Positions 10,660-23,206 of a stretch of 64,000 nucleotides of DNA are shown piece by piece. Below the pieces are notes generated by a model. It was not told the DNA's origin and did no database searches. It saw only the letters and a list, made by a program, of their open reading frames with translations. A program made the position numbers and the translations under genes. This DNA comes from Myxococcales bacterium (GTDB lineage: Bacteria; Myxococcota_A; Polyangia; Fen-1088): assembly GCA_031431215.1 (NCBI GenBank), contig JANPCZ010000020.1:13852-77851 (forward strand), written 5' to 3'. How positions within the stretch are numbered: position 1 is the first letter of the stretch; each line of letters opens with the position of its first letter.

Positions 10660-10720
10660 GCCGCCATGCCGCCACGGCAAGCGGTGATCCGCGCCGTGGT
10701 TGGGGGGGCGGCATGGCGGC
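10660..10720. repeat. GC-rich intergenic inverted repeat (REP/MITE-like hairpin)
   Basis: Perfect 14-bp arms GCCGCCATGCCGCC / GGCGGCATGGCGGC with an inner CCACGGC/GCCGTGG stem. Confidence 0.55.
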
Positions 10721-10828
10721 CAGTGCCGAATGGACCAGGAGGTGGGCAAGCGCGTGGAGCAGGATGAACGCCGACGACACGCTCGGAGCGGGCCGGGCTG
10801 GCGCCGAACCGGATGACTTTCACCCGGC

Positions 10829-11992
<1,164 letters not shown>

Positions 11993-12095
11993 GCGCGTTC
12001 CACCAGGCGGGTCGGGACGGGACGTTGCACGCGGGCCGGTTCTGGCAGGGGCCCTGGGTACACGCCAGGGCTTTCGACGCTGGCGCTACTGGCCG

Positions 12096-12317
12096 CTACC
12101 CCAGTTGCAAGCCGCACTCGCCGCAGGGGCCGTCGACCAGAGGCGCGGCGGTGCCGCAGGCGGGGCAGGGCGGCTCGTCACGATCGAGCAGCGCCGGAAT
12201 GCTGGCGTCGAGGCACGCCGACAGCAACTCCTTGGCCTCGACGAGGGTGGCTTCCATGCATGGCACCACCTCGGCGTCGGACGGGGCAAGCAACGCTTCG
12301 TCCTGGGTCATGGCCAT
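12096..12317 (-). pseudogene. Internally deleted (in-frame, 55 aa) paralog of the Cys-rich Zn-ribbon protein
   Basis: MAMTQDE..PALLDR|DEPPCPACG..CGECGLQLG; lacks ADCCGKGGCGC...TAET, which is present in 13809-14195. Confidence 0.8.
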
Positions 12318-12343
12318 GGCCTCATCTGGCCGCGGGCGGGGCG

Positions 12344-12383
12344 TTCCTGAAAAGTAGGGTTTACAAATCCTGTTTTTCAGGAA
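12344..12383 (+). promoter_or_regulatory. AT-rich promoter/operator of the ATPase gene
   Basis: Inverted repeat TTCCTGAAAA-N20-TTTTCAGGAA enclosing a TTTACA -35-like box, 10 nt before the ATG. Confidence 0.55.
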
Positions 12384-12393
12384 TACTAGCACC

Positions 12394-13572
12394 ATGATTT
12401 CCAGGCGGCTCCAGCCCGTCGCCCTCGAGGTCGCGCGCGGGTATCCCGTCCTCGCGGTCACGGGCCCGAGGCAGGCCGGCAAGACGACGCTGGCCCGCGC
12501 GGCGTTCGCCCATCTGCCCTACGTGAGCCTCGAGGACCCGTTGGAGCAGGGGGCCTTCCAGGCAGATCCGCGCGCCTGGCTCGATCGGTACCCCGACGGC
12601 GCCGTCGTCGACGAGATCCAGCGTTGCCCGGACCTGCCGCGATGGCTGCAGGGGATCGTCGACGAGGACCGCCGGATGGGCCGCTGGATCCTGACGGGCT
12701 CGCAGCAGCTCGAGGTCATGGACAAGGTCTCCCAGAGCCTCGCGGGGCGCGTCGCGCGGCTCGAGCTCATGCCGTTTTCCTACGGCGAGCTCTCCGCCGC
12801 GAGGCGCGCTCCGAAGTCCGCGGCCGAGGCGATTTGGAAGGGAGGGTATCCACCGCTCTACGACCGCGCCGTCGAGCCGGGCCGCTGGCTCTCCGACTAC
12901 GTCGCGACTTACGTCGAGCGCGACGTGCGCACGCTCGCGGCGGTTCGTGACCTGACCCGCTTCGCGGCGTTCCTGCGTCTGTGCGCCGCGCGCACCGGCC
13001 AGATTCTCAACCTCGCGAGCATGGGCGCGGAGCTCGGGCTCGACGCCAAGACGGTGCGAGGTTGGCTGTCGGTCCTCGTCGCCGGGTACGTCGCTCACCT
13101 CCTGCCGCCCCACCACGCCAACCTGGGCAAGCGGATCACGAAGCACCCCAAGCTCTACCTCCTCGACACGGGCCTGGCGTGCCGCCTGCTCGCGATCGGT
13201 GGCCCCAACGATCTCCGCACTCACCCTGCCTGGGGCGCGCTCGTCGAGACGTGGGTCGTCGGCGAGGCCATCAAGGCCGTGCGTGGCCGCGGGCAGGCCG
13301 CCGACAACTTGTTCTACTGGCGGAGCCACGATGGCCTCGAGATCGATCTCGTCGTCGAACGCGGCACCAAGCTGTTCCCGATCGAGGTCAAGGCCACGAC
13401 CAGCCCGCAGGCGAGCCACCTCGAAGGGATCGAGACGTTCGCCTCGCTTGCGCCCCGCCGCGCCCAGCCGGGGGCGCTCGTCCACTTCGGGCGCGAGCGG
13501 GCCAAGCTGCGCGGGCACGACCTCGTTCCGTGGACAAAGGTCGAGGAGCTCGCGGCGCTGCGGGCGGGCTGA
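12394..13572 (+). CDS. AAA_14 ATPase with DUF4143 and a C-terminal PD-(D/E)xK-like domain (COG1373-type)
   Basis: Walker A GPRQAGKTT; Walker B VVDEIQ; ILTGS; SLAGR; GGYP; PKLYLLDTG; EIDLVV..PIEVKA. Confidence 0.92.
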   Translation: MISRRLQPVALEVARGYPVLAVTGPRQAGKTTLARAAFAHLPYVSLEDPLEQGAFQADPRAWLDRYPDGAVVDEIQRCPDLPRWLQGIVDEDRRMGRWILTGSQQLEVMDKVSQSLAGRVARLELMPFSYGELSAARRAPKSAAEAIWKGGYPPLYDRAVEPGRWLSDYVATYVERDVRTLAAVRDLTRFAAFLRLCAARTGQILNLASMGAELGLDAKTVRGWLSVLVAGYVAHLLPPHHANLGKRITKHPKLYLLDTGLACRLLAIGGPNDLRTHPAWGALVETWVVGEAIKAVRGRGQAADNLFYWRSHDGLEIDLVVERGTKLFPIEVKATTSPQASHLEGIETFASLAPRRAQPGALVHFGRERAKLRGHDLVPWTKVEELAALRAG

Positions 13573-13614
13573 ATCATGGCCGGTGACCGAATTCGAATCG
13601 GTACTCGTGTAGTC

Positions 13615-13642
13615 GAGTCTCCGGACAACCCGGGGCGGTTCA
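13615..13642. mobile_element. Solitary IS3-family (IS51/IS6110/IS629-like) terminal inverted repeat
   Basis: GAGTCTCCGGACAACCCGGGGCGGTTCA, whose reverse complement TGAACCGCCCCGG..TCCGGAGACTC matches the IS6110-type end; no transposase seen nearby. Confidence 0.75.
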
Positions 13643-14212
13643 CCCACAAGCAGAAGCAACGCCACGCCTACCACCTGGCAAGCCCTCCACAGCAAGCGCC
13701 GCACGCTGGTCCTCACGCGCGTTCCACCAGGCCGGTCGGGACGGGACGTTGCACGCGGGCCGGTTCTGGCAGGGGACCTGGGCACACGCCAGGGCTTTCG
13801 CCCGGCCGCTACCCCAGTTGCAAGCCGCACTCGCCGCAAGCGCCGTCGACAAGCGGCGCGGCGGTGCCGCACGCGGGGCAGGGCGGCTCGTCAGTTTCGG
13901 CGGTGGCGGTGCCATCGGCTTCGAGCGTGCCTTCGCGTTCGAGCATGCCGCTCCAGCGCTGGCGGAACACGGCGGCGACCTGCGGAACGTCGTCGGGTTT
14001 GACCAGCAAGGCCAGCTTGGGCGCGCAGCCGCAGCCGCCCTTGCCGCAGCAGTCGGCGCGATCGAGCAGCGCCGGAATGCCGGCGTCGAGGCACGCCGAC
14101 AGCAGCTCCTTGGCTTCGACGAGGCCGGCCTCCATGCACGGCACCACGTCGGCGTCGGCCAGGGCATGCAGTGCTTCGTCCTGGGTCATGGCCATGGCCT
14201 CATCTTGCCGCG
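13643..14212. repeat. Direct repeat copy 2 (includes a truncated MBL 5' end, 13643-13716)
   Basis: Aligns to 11919-12334; VRTSVRRLLWRACQVVGVALLLLVG is cut at the IS end. Confidence 0.9.
13809..14195 (-). CDS. Small Cys-rich metal-binding protein (CCxxGGCGC motif plus C-terminal Zn ribbon)
   Basis: DCCGKGGCGC and CPACG..CGECG motifs. Confidence 0.75.
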   Translation of the reverse strand: MAMTQDEALHALADADVVPCMEAGLVEAKELLSACLDAGIPALLDRADCCGKGGCGCAPKLALLVKPDDVPQVAAVFRQRWSGMLEREGTLEADGTATAETDEPPCPACGTAAPLVDGACGECGLQLG

Positions 14213-14222
14213 ACGGCGCCCG

Positions 14223-14585
14223 TCACTTCAACCACGCTGCCCAGATCTCGGACACGAACCCAACCGTGGCCCCGGCGGCACAGCGGACCACGGGCGTCCT
14301 TATCAACAGAGGATCGTCGACCAGCGCCTGCTCGATGCGCGGTCCGGTGGGGGCTGCGTATTTCAAACCGCGGTCGAGGTAGCGTTTGCCCTGGCGATCA
14401 ATCAACGCCTCCATGCCGGCAGCGCCCAGGCGCGCGGCCACGCTGCGCAACTCGCCCGGTGACATGGGCTTCTGCCCGAGGTCGACGAAGTGGACCGGCA
14501 CGCGGCGCTCGGCGAAGAAACGCTGCGCCTTCTGCGTGTCCTTGCACTTGCGGGTGCCGAAGATCTGCACGTTCGCGAGGGTCAC
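14223..14585 (-). CDS. ArsC/Spx/MgsR-family protein
   Basis: VQIFGTRKCKDTQKAQRFF..VDL..EL..DPLLIRTPVV..TVG; GTG start at 14585. Confidence 0.85.
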   Translation of the reverse strand: MTLANVQIFGTRKCKDTQKAQRFFAERRVPVHFVDLGQKPMSPGELRSVAARLGAAGMEALIDRQGKRYLDRGLKYAAPTGPRIEQALVDDPLLIRTPVVRCAAGATVGFVSEIWAAWLK

Positions 14586-14595
14586 GCCGCCTGGC

Positions 14596-15495
14596 TCACG
14601 GGTGAGGGCCGTCGAACAGCTCGCCAGCCTCGACGGCGATGGGCAGCCGGTTCTGTTTCGGTGGCAGCGGGCAGGTGGCGAATGCGGTGAACGCGCACGG
14701 CGGGCTGTATGCCTTGTTGAAGTCGAGCACGACTTGCCCGTCGCGCGGCATGTCGGAATAGAAGAAGCGCCCGGCGCCGTAGGTGCTCTTGCCACTGGTG
14801 GCATCCCTGAAGATGTAGAAAAGCTGGGTGTCGCCGGGAACCTCGATCACCGGATCGAGCTGCAGCTCGCGCCCCGCCAGGGTGAACAGCACGCGCCCGG
14901 GACTGGGCAAAGGTTCGGTATTCCCAAGGACGTTGGGTATCGGCAGCACCACCGGCTTCGGATGAGGCACGAAGCGCGCGATCACGCGGTAATCTGGTTT
15001 CACCGGGAAGAAGCGCAGGCCCTTGAAGTTCGCGCGTGCCGGGCTCTTGCTGTCCTTGAGCCGAACGCCCAGCCGCCCGCCGCGGTCGATGATCTGCATG
15101 GTCAGCGCGCCCAGCGCAAGCACGTCGGGGGTGGCGTTGTGGGCGTCGGTGCGAAGTGCGGTACGGGTCACCGGCTTGCCCGCCAGGGTCGCGGCGACGC
15201 CGGGCGCGCATTCGGCCGTCACCTGGCCGCGCACCAGCGTGAACGTGCCCGCCCGCGCTGGCGCGGAGTGAGCGGGCAGCACGATGTCGTTCTTGCCGTC
15301 ACTGCCAAAGGTGGTTGCGCCGTCCTTGAGCCAGTGCAGGCCCGTCACCGTAAGCCAGCCGCCGTCGGCCCGTAGCCGCGCCTCGCGCTGCTGCTGCCAA
15401 AGCTCGACCTCGCGTCGGTGGGTAGCGGCGCTGATGCCGAGGGCGGGTTCCAGCATCAGGGCTGTGAACGCCAGGGTGACGACCGCGCCGCTCAC
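14596..15495 (-). CDS. DUF1684 domain-containing secreted protein
   Basis: GWLTVTGLHWL..FRDATSGKSTYGAGRF..LDFNKAYSPPCAFTAFATCPLPP..N. Confidence 0.9.
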   Translation of the reverse strand: MSGAVVTLAFTALMLEPALGISAATHRREVELWQQQREARLRADGGWLTVTGLHWLKDGATTFGSDGKNDIVLPAHSAPARAGTFTLVRGQVTAECAPGVAATLAGKPVTRTALRTDAHNATPDVLALGALTMQIIDRGGRLGVRLKDSKSPARANFKGLRFFPVKPDYRVIARFVPHPKPVVLPIPNVLGNTEPLPSPGRVLFTLAGRELQLDPVIEVPGDTQLFYIFRDATSGKSTYGAGRFFYSDMPRDGQVVLDFNKAYSPPCAFTAFATCPLPPKQNRLPIAVEAGELFDGPHP

Positions 15496-17258
15496 AGATG
15501 CGGCGCGGTCGGTTTGAAGGGCGCCTGGAACGACAGCGCACCTTTGGCCTTGGTCTTGCGCTTGAACACCTTGTCGGCGCTGGTCACGTAGAGCTCGTCC
15601 AGGTTCGCACCGCCGAACACGATGTTCGCCAGCCACTTGCCGTGCGGCTTGGAGATGATGGCGTTCACGCGGCCGGCCTGGTCGCAAACCTGAATGCCCA
15701 GGTGCGTGGTGACGTACAAGCGCCCGAGGATGTCGACCGTCATGCCGTCGGCGCCGCTGTCGGTCTTGCCGTCGGGGATGTGCATATGAAAGTAGGGCTG
15801 CTTGTGTGCCAACGACCCGTCCGGCTGGATCTGGAACGAGTACACGAATTGCCCGCGCATGTCGGCGACGTACAGCAGGCTCTGATCGGGCGACAGCACG
15901 ACGCCATTTGGAAAGCTGATGCCGGTGTCGACCACTCGCTTGTCGCGCTTGCTGGTGACCAACCAGACCTTCTTGTTGTTGGGATCGGTGGCGTAGACGT
16001 TGCCGTTGCTGGCCACCGCGAGATCGTTCGACTCGATGTCGTCAGCGAGCACGGTCTCTCTTCCCTGCCCATCGTAGGCGACGATGCGTTTGCGTCCGTT
16101 CTGTGCCGCGTACAGCTTGCCGTCGGCGCCGAACATGAGGCCGTTGGCGCCACCGGAGTCCGCGACGAAGGTACCGACCTTGCCGTCATTGCCTACCTTG
16201 TGGATGCGGTTCGATGGGATGTCGCTGAAGAACACCTCGCCCTTGCCGTTGACCGCCGGCCCCTCGGTGAACTTGTAGCCTTCGCCGACCAGCTTCCAGT
16301 CTTCGTTGGGGACAAGAATGTCCATCACCGGCGCGTGCGAGCCGACGCCGACCTTGATCGGTTGCGGGTAGTCCTTCCACAGCCAGCGCAGGGCGTCCGG
16401 CAGCAGGCTGCCGCCGTGTTTGGGGTTGTGGCCACCGTCGCCCCACTCGTGCCTGACTTCGTAGCCCGCGAACTGCAGCGCCGACAGCATGTCCTGGTTC
16501 GCGATCCACCAGTTGCCGCCGTAGATGTTCTGATCACCGCTGCCGTCCTGCAGGAAGATGCGCAGGGGCCTGGGTTCTCTCTGGCGTATCAGGACCGGGT
16601 AAAGGTTGCCGCCCTGCAGGCCCACGTAGCTGCCGACGGAGGAGAACACGCGCGAGAACTCGCGCGGCCGCTCCCACGCCGCGGTGAACGCTGCGATGCC
16701 GCCCGAGCTCCCCCCGGCGATGGCGCGGCCTGCGCCATCCTTGGTCAGGTTCCACTTCTTGCCCACTTCGGGCAGGATCTCGTCCAGCAGGAAGCGCGCG
16801 TAGTCGTTGCCGAGTCCGTCGTATTCACGGCTGCGGTTGAAACGCGGAAGCGCCTTGTCCGACAAAGACGGCACCACGCCCGGGTCGATGAACACGCCGA
16901 TGGTCACCGGCATCTCGCGGCGGTGGATCAGGTTGTCGAACACGATCGGCACGCGCCACACGCCGTCTTCCTTGACGTAGCGGCCGCCATCCTGGAACAC
17001 CATCACGCATGCCGGTTTGCTGGCGTCGTACTGCGCCGGCACGTACACCCAGTAGTCGCGCACAGTGCCGGGGAAGATCTTGCTGGTCCAGGAGAACTTG
17101 GTCACCGCTCCCTTTGGCACACCGTCCTTCGGGAACGAGTCGGGGCCCAGCTTGTAGTCGTCCACCGCGCTCGCCCGCCGCGTGAGCACTGGGCTCGTGA
17201 GCGCAAGAACCAAAGCCGCGATCGGCATCACACGGCCGCGAACCCTTGAAACCAGCAT
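15492..17258 (-). CDS. Fusion of an enterochelin-esterase-like alpha/beta hydrolase with an SMP-30/gluconolactonase domain
   Basis: DYWVYVPAQY..FQDG..GGSSGG nucleophile; then FTEGP..NGL..FPNG..SPD..GADGMTVD. Confidence 0.88.
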   Translation of the reverse strand: MLVSRVRGRVMPIAALVLALTSPVLTRRASAVDDYKLGPDSFPKDGVPKGAVTKFSWTSKIFPGTVRDYWVYVPAQYDASKPACVMVFQDGGRYVKEDGVWRVPIVFDNLIHRREMPVTIGVFIDPGVVPSLSDKALPRFNRSREYDGLGNDYARFLLDEILPEVGKKWNLTKDGAGRAIAGGSSGGIAAFTAAWERPREFSRVFSSVGSYVGLQGGNLYPVLIRQREPRPLRIFLQDGSGDQNIYGGNWWIANQDMLSALQFAGYEVRHEWGDGGHNPKHGGSLLPDALRWLWKDYPQPIKVGVGSHAPVMDILVPNEDWKLVGEGYKFTEGPAVNGKGEVFFSDIPSNRIHKVGNDGKVGTFVADSGGANGLMFGADGKLYAAQNGRKRIVAYDGQGRETVLADDIESNDLAVASNGNVYATDPNNKKVWLVTSKRDKRVVDTGISFPNGVVLSPDQSLLYVADMRGQFVYSFQIQPDGSLAHKQPYFHMHIPDGKTDSGADGMTVDILGRLYVTTHLGIQVCDQAGRVNAIISKPHGKWLANIVFGGANLDELYVTSADKVFKRKTKAKGALSFQAPFKPTAPHL

Positions 17259-17301
17259 GGCGGCATCTGACCGCAATCGCCCACGAGCCGTCAACAGGTT
17301 C

Positions 17302-18441
17302 TCAGTCCCACCGGGCGCACTGCGAGCCGGTCCCGTTGACCATGCAGCTTCCGGTCGGACCGCAGTCGATGGCGGTGGCGCAGCGGCGCGGAGCGCAGTA
17401 GTTCTGGCCGTCGACCGGGCCTTCGGGGACGCGGAAGCCGAGCGGGCCACTGGGGTCGGGTGCGGCGCAGGCCAGCAGCGGATCGGCGGCGCAGGTGAAC
17501 GCCGCGTTGCACGCACGCAGGCACAGCGAGCGCCCGTCGCCGAGCTCGGCGCACGCGGTGCCGGGCGGGCAAGTCGTTGACTTGCACTCAAGCGAGCACA
17601 GGCCCAGTGCACCCAGATCGGCGCACTTGCCCGACAGGCACAGATCGTCGCGGAGCTGGCCGTTTGAGCTGCGGCAGGATGTGCCGGGATCGCCCGGCAC
17701 ATCGGGGAAACATGCCTTGATCCAGCTGCCGGCGGGAAATCTTCCTGGCAGGTCGCGGCAGCGCATTCCAGTGGCGCAGTCTTTGTCCGCGGTACATGGC
17801 CGCACGCACAGTGGGCTTCGCCAAGCTTCCGGCATGGTACCGGCGCCCAGGGTCAAGTCAGCACACAGCGCCGGCTCGCGGCAGATGGTGTCGCGGCACG
17901 GCGAGGTGCAGATGCCACGCACGAACGCCGGTGCCAATGGGCAGCGCATGGCCGAGCCGCACAGGCACGAGAGTCCCGACTCGCACTGCCCGTCCACGTC
18001 GCAAGCAGAGCCGAGATCGTTGGCAAGAATCACCACGAAACCGGGGCGGGACTTGGTCACGCTGCCGCCACTGCTCGCGGCGCCGACCAGGGTCACGTCG
18101 TAGCTGCCAGGTCGCGTGAATGTGTGGCTGGTGGTGCGCTCAGACGATTTGGCGGTGCCGTCGCCGAAGTCCCACAGGAAACGCACCACAGGGCTCGTGC
18201 TCACGGGCACGAACGACAGCGTCAACGGCGCGCGGCCCGTGCAGGTCGGCCCCGCGGGATCGAGCGAGAAACATCCGCCAGCGGTGAAATCCACCGACAG
18301 CACCGATTGGGTGGCGTCCGGGCGACCGGTGTCAATGCGCGGCTGCGCGTCGATGGCGGCGTCCGGATTCGGAGCGTTGTCCTGGGGACAGGCGGCCGTC
18401 GCCAGTAGCAGGAACGCTGAAGTCCATCCGCGCCTCGGCAT
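17302..18441 (-). CDS. PKD-domain Cys-rich lipoprotein
   Basis: Lipobox ATAAC; PKD motif WDFGDG..HTFTRPGSYDVTL; Cys-rich repeats. Confidence 0.8.
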   Translation of the reverse strand: MPRRGWTSAFLLLATAACPQDNAPNPDAAIDAQPRIDTGRPDATQSVLSVDFTAGGCFSLDPAGPTCTGRAPLTLSFVPVSTSPVVRFLWDFGDGTAKSSERTTSHTFTRPGSYDVTLVGAASSGGSVTKSRPGFVVILANDLGSACDVDGQCESGLSCLCGSAMRCPLAPAFVRGICTSPCRDTICREPALCADLTLGAGTMPEAWRSPLCVRPCTADKDCATGMRCRDLPGRFPAGSWIKACFPDVPGDPGTSCRSSNGQLRDDLCLSGKCADLGALGLCSLECKSTTCPPGTACAELGDGRSLCLRACNAAFTCAADPLLACAAPDPSGPLGFRVPEGPVDGQNYCAPRRCATAIDCGPTGSCMVNGTGSQCARWD

Positions 18442-18591
18442 CGTCGCGGCGATCCTGCTCGCACCGTCGATCGCCCGTCAAGAGCGCATCTGTGTCTGAC
18501 ACACGGCCGGTGCTGGCAGGGCGCGCGGGACGCTGATACATTCCCTCGACAAGTTCGCTTGAAGGTCAGGGCAGAGGGAGGTCCGACCCGG

Positions 18592-19200
18592 ATGCAGGAT
18601 GAGGCGGCGCTCTGGTTGCTGCTCGAACAGATGCCGGCGGTGTGGTCCACCGACCGCGACCTGCGCTTCACCTCGTCGGGGCGAGCCTGACGCGTGGCCA
18701 AGCAGAGCGGCGGCCACGTGTTTGTCGACAGCAGTCCTGGTGGTGGCGCTCGTTTCCGCGTGCTGTTGCCGTGGGCCGGGCGGCGTGCGGCCGAGGTGAT
18801 GGTGGGCCCGTCGATCCAGGCGAACGTCACGCCCGACGCTGGCACCATCTTGCTGGTCGAGGACGAGCCTCAGGTGCGGGCGATCGCTCGCCAGATGCTG
18901 GAGGACTCGGGCTACCACGTGCTTGAGGCGGGTGATGTCGAAGAGGCGCTGCGCATCGGGGCGTCCCATCCCGGGCGTCTGGATCTGCTGCTCGCGGACG
19001 TCGTGATGCCGGGCATGAGCGGACCGCAGATCGCGGCGCGCCTGGCACCGGTGCGCCCCGAGATGCGCATCCTCTACATGTCTGGCTACATGAATGACAC
19101 CAGTGTTCATCGCAGCGTCGTCTCGGCCGGCCAGGCCTTGCTGGCCAAGCCGTTCACCGCATTCGGCCTGGCCCACGAAGTCCGCAAAGCGCTCAGATAA
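18592..19200 (+). pseudogene. Remnant of a PAS-HisKA-HATPase-REC hybrid kinase; the receiver ORF 18694-19200 remains
   Basis: PAS start LLEQMPAVWSTDRDLRFTS* joined to the HATPase tail KQSGGHVFVDSSPGGGARFRVLLP and an intact REC (ILLVEDE..DLLLADVVMPGMSG..MSGY..KPF). Confidence 0.75.
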
Positions 19201-19374
19201 GGCTTGGGCCAGTTCACCGGGCCGCTGGTCTGACCTGAACAGGCCGGATTCTGACTCACCGGTTTCTGACGCCAGCGACGGGCCCGCCACGAAACTGTCT
19301 CAAGTCCGAGTTGGCGGCACCGATGGGTATTTCTGCACCCACACCCCGACCCCACCGAGGAGCAGAAACACAAC

Positions 19375-20604
19375 ATGGGCGTCCCCGCAGTTCAGATGGC
19401 CACATCCCCTGCCCTGGCAAGCGGACTGGTCTTCAACCAGCTCTCGCCGCTTGCCGAGACGCGGCGGACCGCGGGTCGAATTGCCGCCAGCGACGCGACG
19501 GTGCTTCTGACCGGCGAGACCGGCACTGGCAAGGAAGTCTTCGCGCGCTTCATTCACAATGCCAGCCCCCGCGCCGCCCGGCCGTTCGTGCCCGTCAACT
19601 GCGGCGCGATACCGGATACCCTGCTCGAAAGCGAGCTATTCGGCTACGTCAAGGGTGCGTTCACGGGCGCGGTGGCGCAGCGTCGGGGCCGGGTCGCGAT
19701 GGCCGAAGGCGGGACGCTGTTTCTTGATGAAATCGGCGAGCTGCCGCTGGGGTTGCAAGTCAAGATCCTGCGCCTCCTTCAGGAGCGCACCTACGAGCCG
19801 GTCGGCAGCTCCGAATCGGTGAGCGCGACCTTCCGGCTGGTGGCCGCCACCAACCGCGATCTGGCGGTCGAGGTGCGCGCCGGGCGCTTCCGCAGCGATC
19901 TGTACTACCGCCTGCACGTGTGCCCGATGCACCTGCCGGCTTTGCGCGAGCGCCCCGAGGACGTCCAGCCGCTGCTGGCGCATTTCTGGGCGCGCCGAGG
20001 CGAGACCCGCCCGGTCGAGCCAGCGCTCGTCAGGTGCCTGGAAGCTTACGCGTGGCCGGGCAACGTACGCGAGCTTGAGAACTTGGTCGAGCGCCTGTCG
20101 GTGTGCGTCGAGGGACCGGTGATTCGCGCGGCCGACCTGCCGCCGGGGATGTTGCCCGGTGCGGTTCCCGAGGAGATCGTCCTGGGCCTTGGCACTGAAA
20201 GCGGCGACATGTTCATGCCAGACATCACGCCGCCACCTTTGCCCATGACGGACGCCTGGACCGCGCCTCGGGCGCTCTCGGCGCCTGCTGCCTTCGCGCC
20301 AGGGCCGCTTCGTTTCGATGCACCGCCGGTCGCGACTGCGGCCCCGCTGTTCGAGGCCGCGCCGGTCGCGATGCCGGCCGAGCGAACCCCGATTCCTGTG
20401 ATGCTGCCGGTGGATCTGCCCACCATGTTGCGGGAGCTGGAGAACTCGTACATCGACGCGGCGTTGGTTCGCACCGGTAGCAACAAGAAGGAAGCCGCAA
20501 AGCTACTGGGCATGGGGCGCACGACCCTGGTCGAGAAGCTGCGTCGACGCAGCGCCGATACCGCCGACACGCCTGCGCCTGAAGTTGACCCACGGCAGGG
20601 GTGA
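19375..20604 (+). CDS. Sigma54-dependent enhancer-binding protein without an N-terminal sensor (FleQ/FlrA-like position)
   Basis: [30 protein letters not shown]-terminal Fis HTH. Confidence 0.9.
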   Translation: MGVPAVQMATSPALASGLVFNQLSPLAETRRTAGRIAASDATVLLTGETGTGKEVFARFIHNASPRAARPFVPVNCGAIPDTLLESELFGYVKGAFTGAVAQRRGRVAMAEGGTLFLDEIGELPLGLQVKILRLLQERTYEPVGSSESVSATFRLVAATNRDLAVEVRAGRFRSDLYYRLHVCPMHLPALRERPEDVQPLLAHFWARRGETRPVEPALVRCLEAYAWPGNVRELENLVERLSVCVEGPVIRAADLPPGMLPGAVPEEIVLGLGTESGDMFMPDITPPPLPMTDAWTAPRALSAPAAFAPGPLRFDAPPVATAAPLFEAAPVAMPAERTPIPVMLPVDLPTMLRELENSYIDAALVRTGSNKKEAAKLLGMGRTTLVEKLRRRSADTADTPAPEVDPRQG

Positions 20605-20613
20605 GCGCCGGTT

Positions 20614-20629
20614 CGGCACGGCGGCTGCA
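20614..20629 (+). promoter_or_regulatory. Sigma54 (-24/-12) promoter of the flagellar operon
   Basis: CGGCACG-GCGG-CTGCA fits GG-N10-GC and the consensus TGGCACG-N4-TTGC; it lies 12 nt before the GTG at 20642. Confidence 0.7.
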
Positions 20630-20641
20630 ATAGCCACCATC

Positions 20642-22059
20642 GTGAACCTGCTCGCCACGTTTCTGACTCAGCTGTCCGTCGCGGCCCTGGCGAGCCCAGG
20701 GCTTGAAACGGGTGACGCCAGGATTCTGGCGACTGCCGAGGTCGTCGAGCGAATTCCGCTGCCTCGCACCAAGGTTCCGGTGACGCTGGTGGTGGCGCCT
20801 CTCGACGCCACTGTCACGTTGGTGGCCGGCAAGGACGCTCCAGCGCTTGCCGGACGCATCGCCGCCCACGCCGGAGAGCTGTGCCCCAAGCTCGTGGTCC
20901 AGGTGGATCGGATCGAGCTGTCCTGTCGCAGCCGCCGCATCGACGCGGTGCTGACCACTGATAACGGGACGGTCTATCTGGATCTGTTTCAGCTGCGTGG
21001 CCTGCCCTGGCGCCCCGGACCCGACGGTCCTCCCCTGGTTCACTACGAACCCGTGGCGGCCAGGATCGGGGTCGCATGTCCAGGGTCAAGTCCAGGCGAG
21101 AGGGGCGAGTGTGCCTTCAAGGACGGCCGATGGATCGACGCTGCGCGTGCGTTTCGCGACGCGCTCGACGGGCGCGATAAGATCCTGGCGTGCGTGCGGC
21201 TGGGCGATCTGGCGCTGATCGCCGGGGATCCCGCGTCCGCCCTGGGGTGGTACCAACGTGCCGGCAGCGTCGGGCCGTTCGCGCGTATCGCCATTGCACG
21301 GCTGTGCGAGATGGACTTTGCGTGCCTCACCGCGCGGCCGTTGCTGGATCGGGATCCGAGCGATCTGCCGGCGCCGTTGCGCGACGACATTCTTCTGCGC
21401 CGGGCGCGGCTGCAGGCTTTCCGCGGTGAATTTGCCAAAACGGTGGCGACCCTGGCGAGCAGCTTCGCTCAGAGCGCCGACCGCTCGCTGTGCAGAGGAG
21501 CTGGCGAGTTGCCCTGCCGCCGTCTGTTGCTCGCGGGGTTGCATCACACGCAGGGTGGCGACAGTCAGATCGCCCTTGAGGTGTACCTGGAGCTTCCGCG
21601 ACGCGACGCTGGGCCGCTGCTGGTCGAGCTGGTGCAAGCCGCGGCCGAGGCGTCGGCCCGCCTCGGCGCTCCGGTGTTTGGCGCGAGTCTTCTGGCCTCG
21701 ACGGCGACCCTGGTCAGCCCGGGCGCGCTGACGGATCACCTGCTGCGCGCCGCGGAGCTGTATCTGGTGGGGCGCGATCCGGCCCGGGCGCGCGTCATCG
21801 TCGACTTCGTCGATTCGCGGACGCCGAAGATCTTGTCGGCGCCACGTTGGACGTCTGTGCGGCAAGGGGTGCTGATCGAGGAAATCGAAGCGCAGCGAGC
21901 CGAGGAGCGGGCTCAGGTCCAGGATCCGCTGCTGTTGAACCCATCGGCCGAGTTGGCGGCTGCACGGACGATGACAGCGCGGGCTGACCAGGTGCTGGCG
22001 GGGTTGGGCGCGGCAGCCGACGCAGCACAAGGCCCTGGCGCGGACGGGCAGGCGCGGCC

Positions 22060-22063
<4 letters not shown>
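20642..22063 (+). CDS. Secreted TPR-like helical protein in the flagellar cluster
   Basis: Signal-like N-terminus from the GTG at 20642; TPR-like helices ([15 protein letters not shown]); overlaps the next gene. Confidence 0.6.
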
Positions 22064-23196
<1,133 letters not shown>

Positions 23197-23206
23197 GGAG
23201 TACGCC

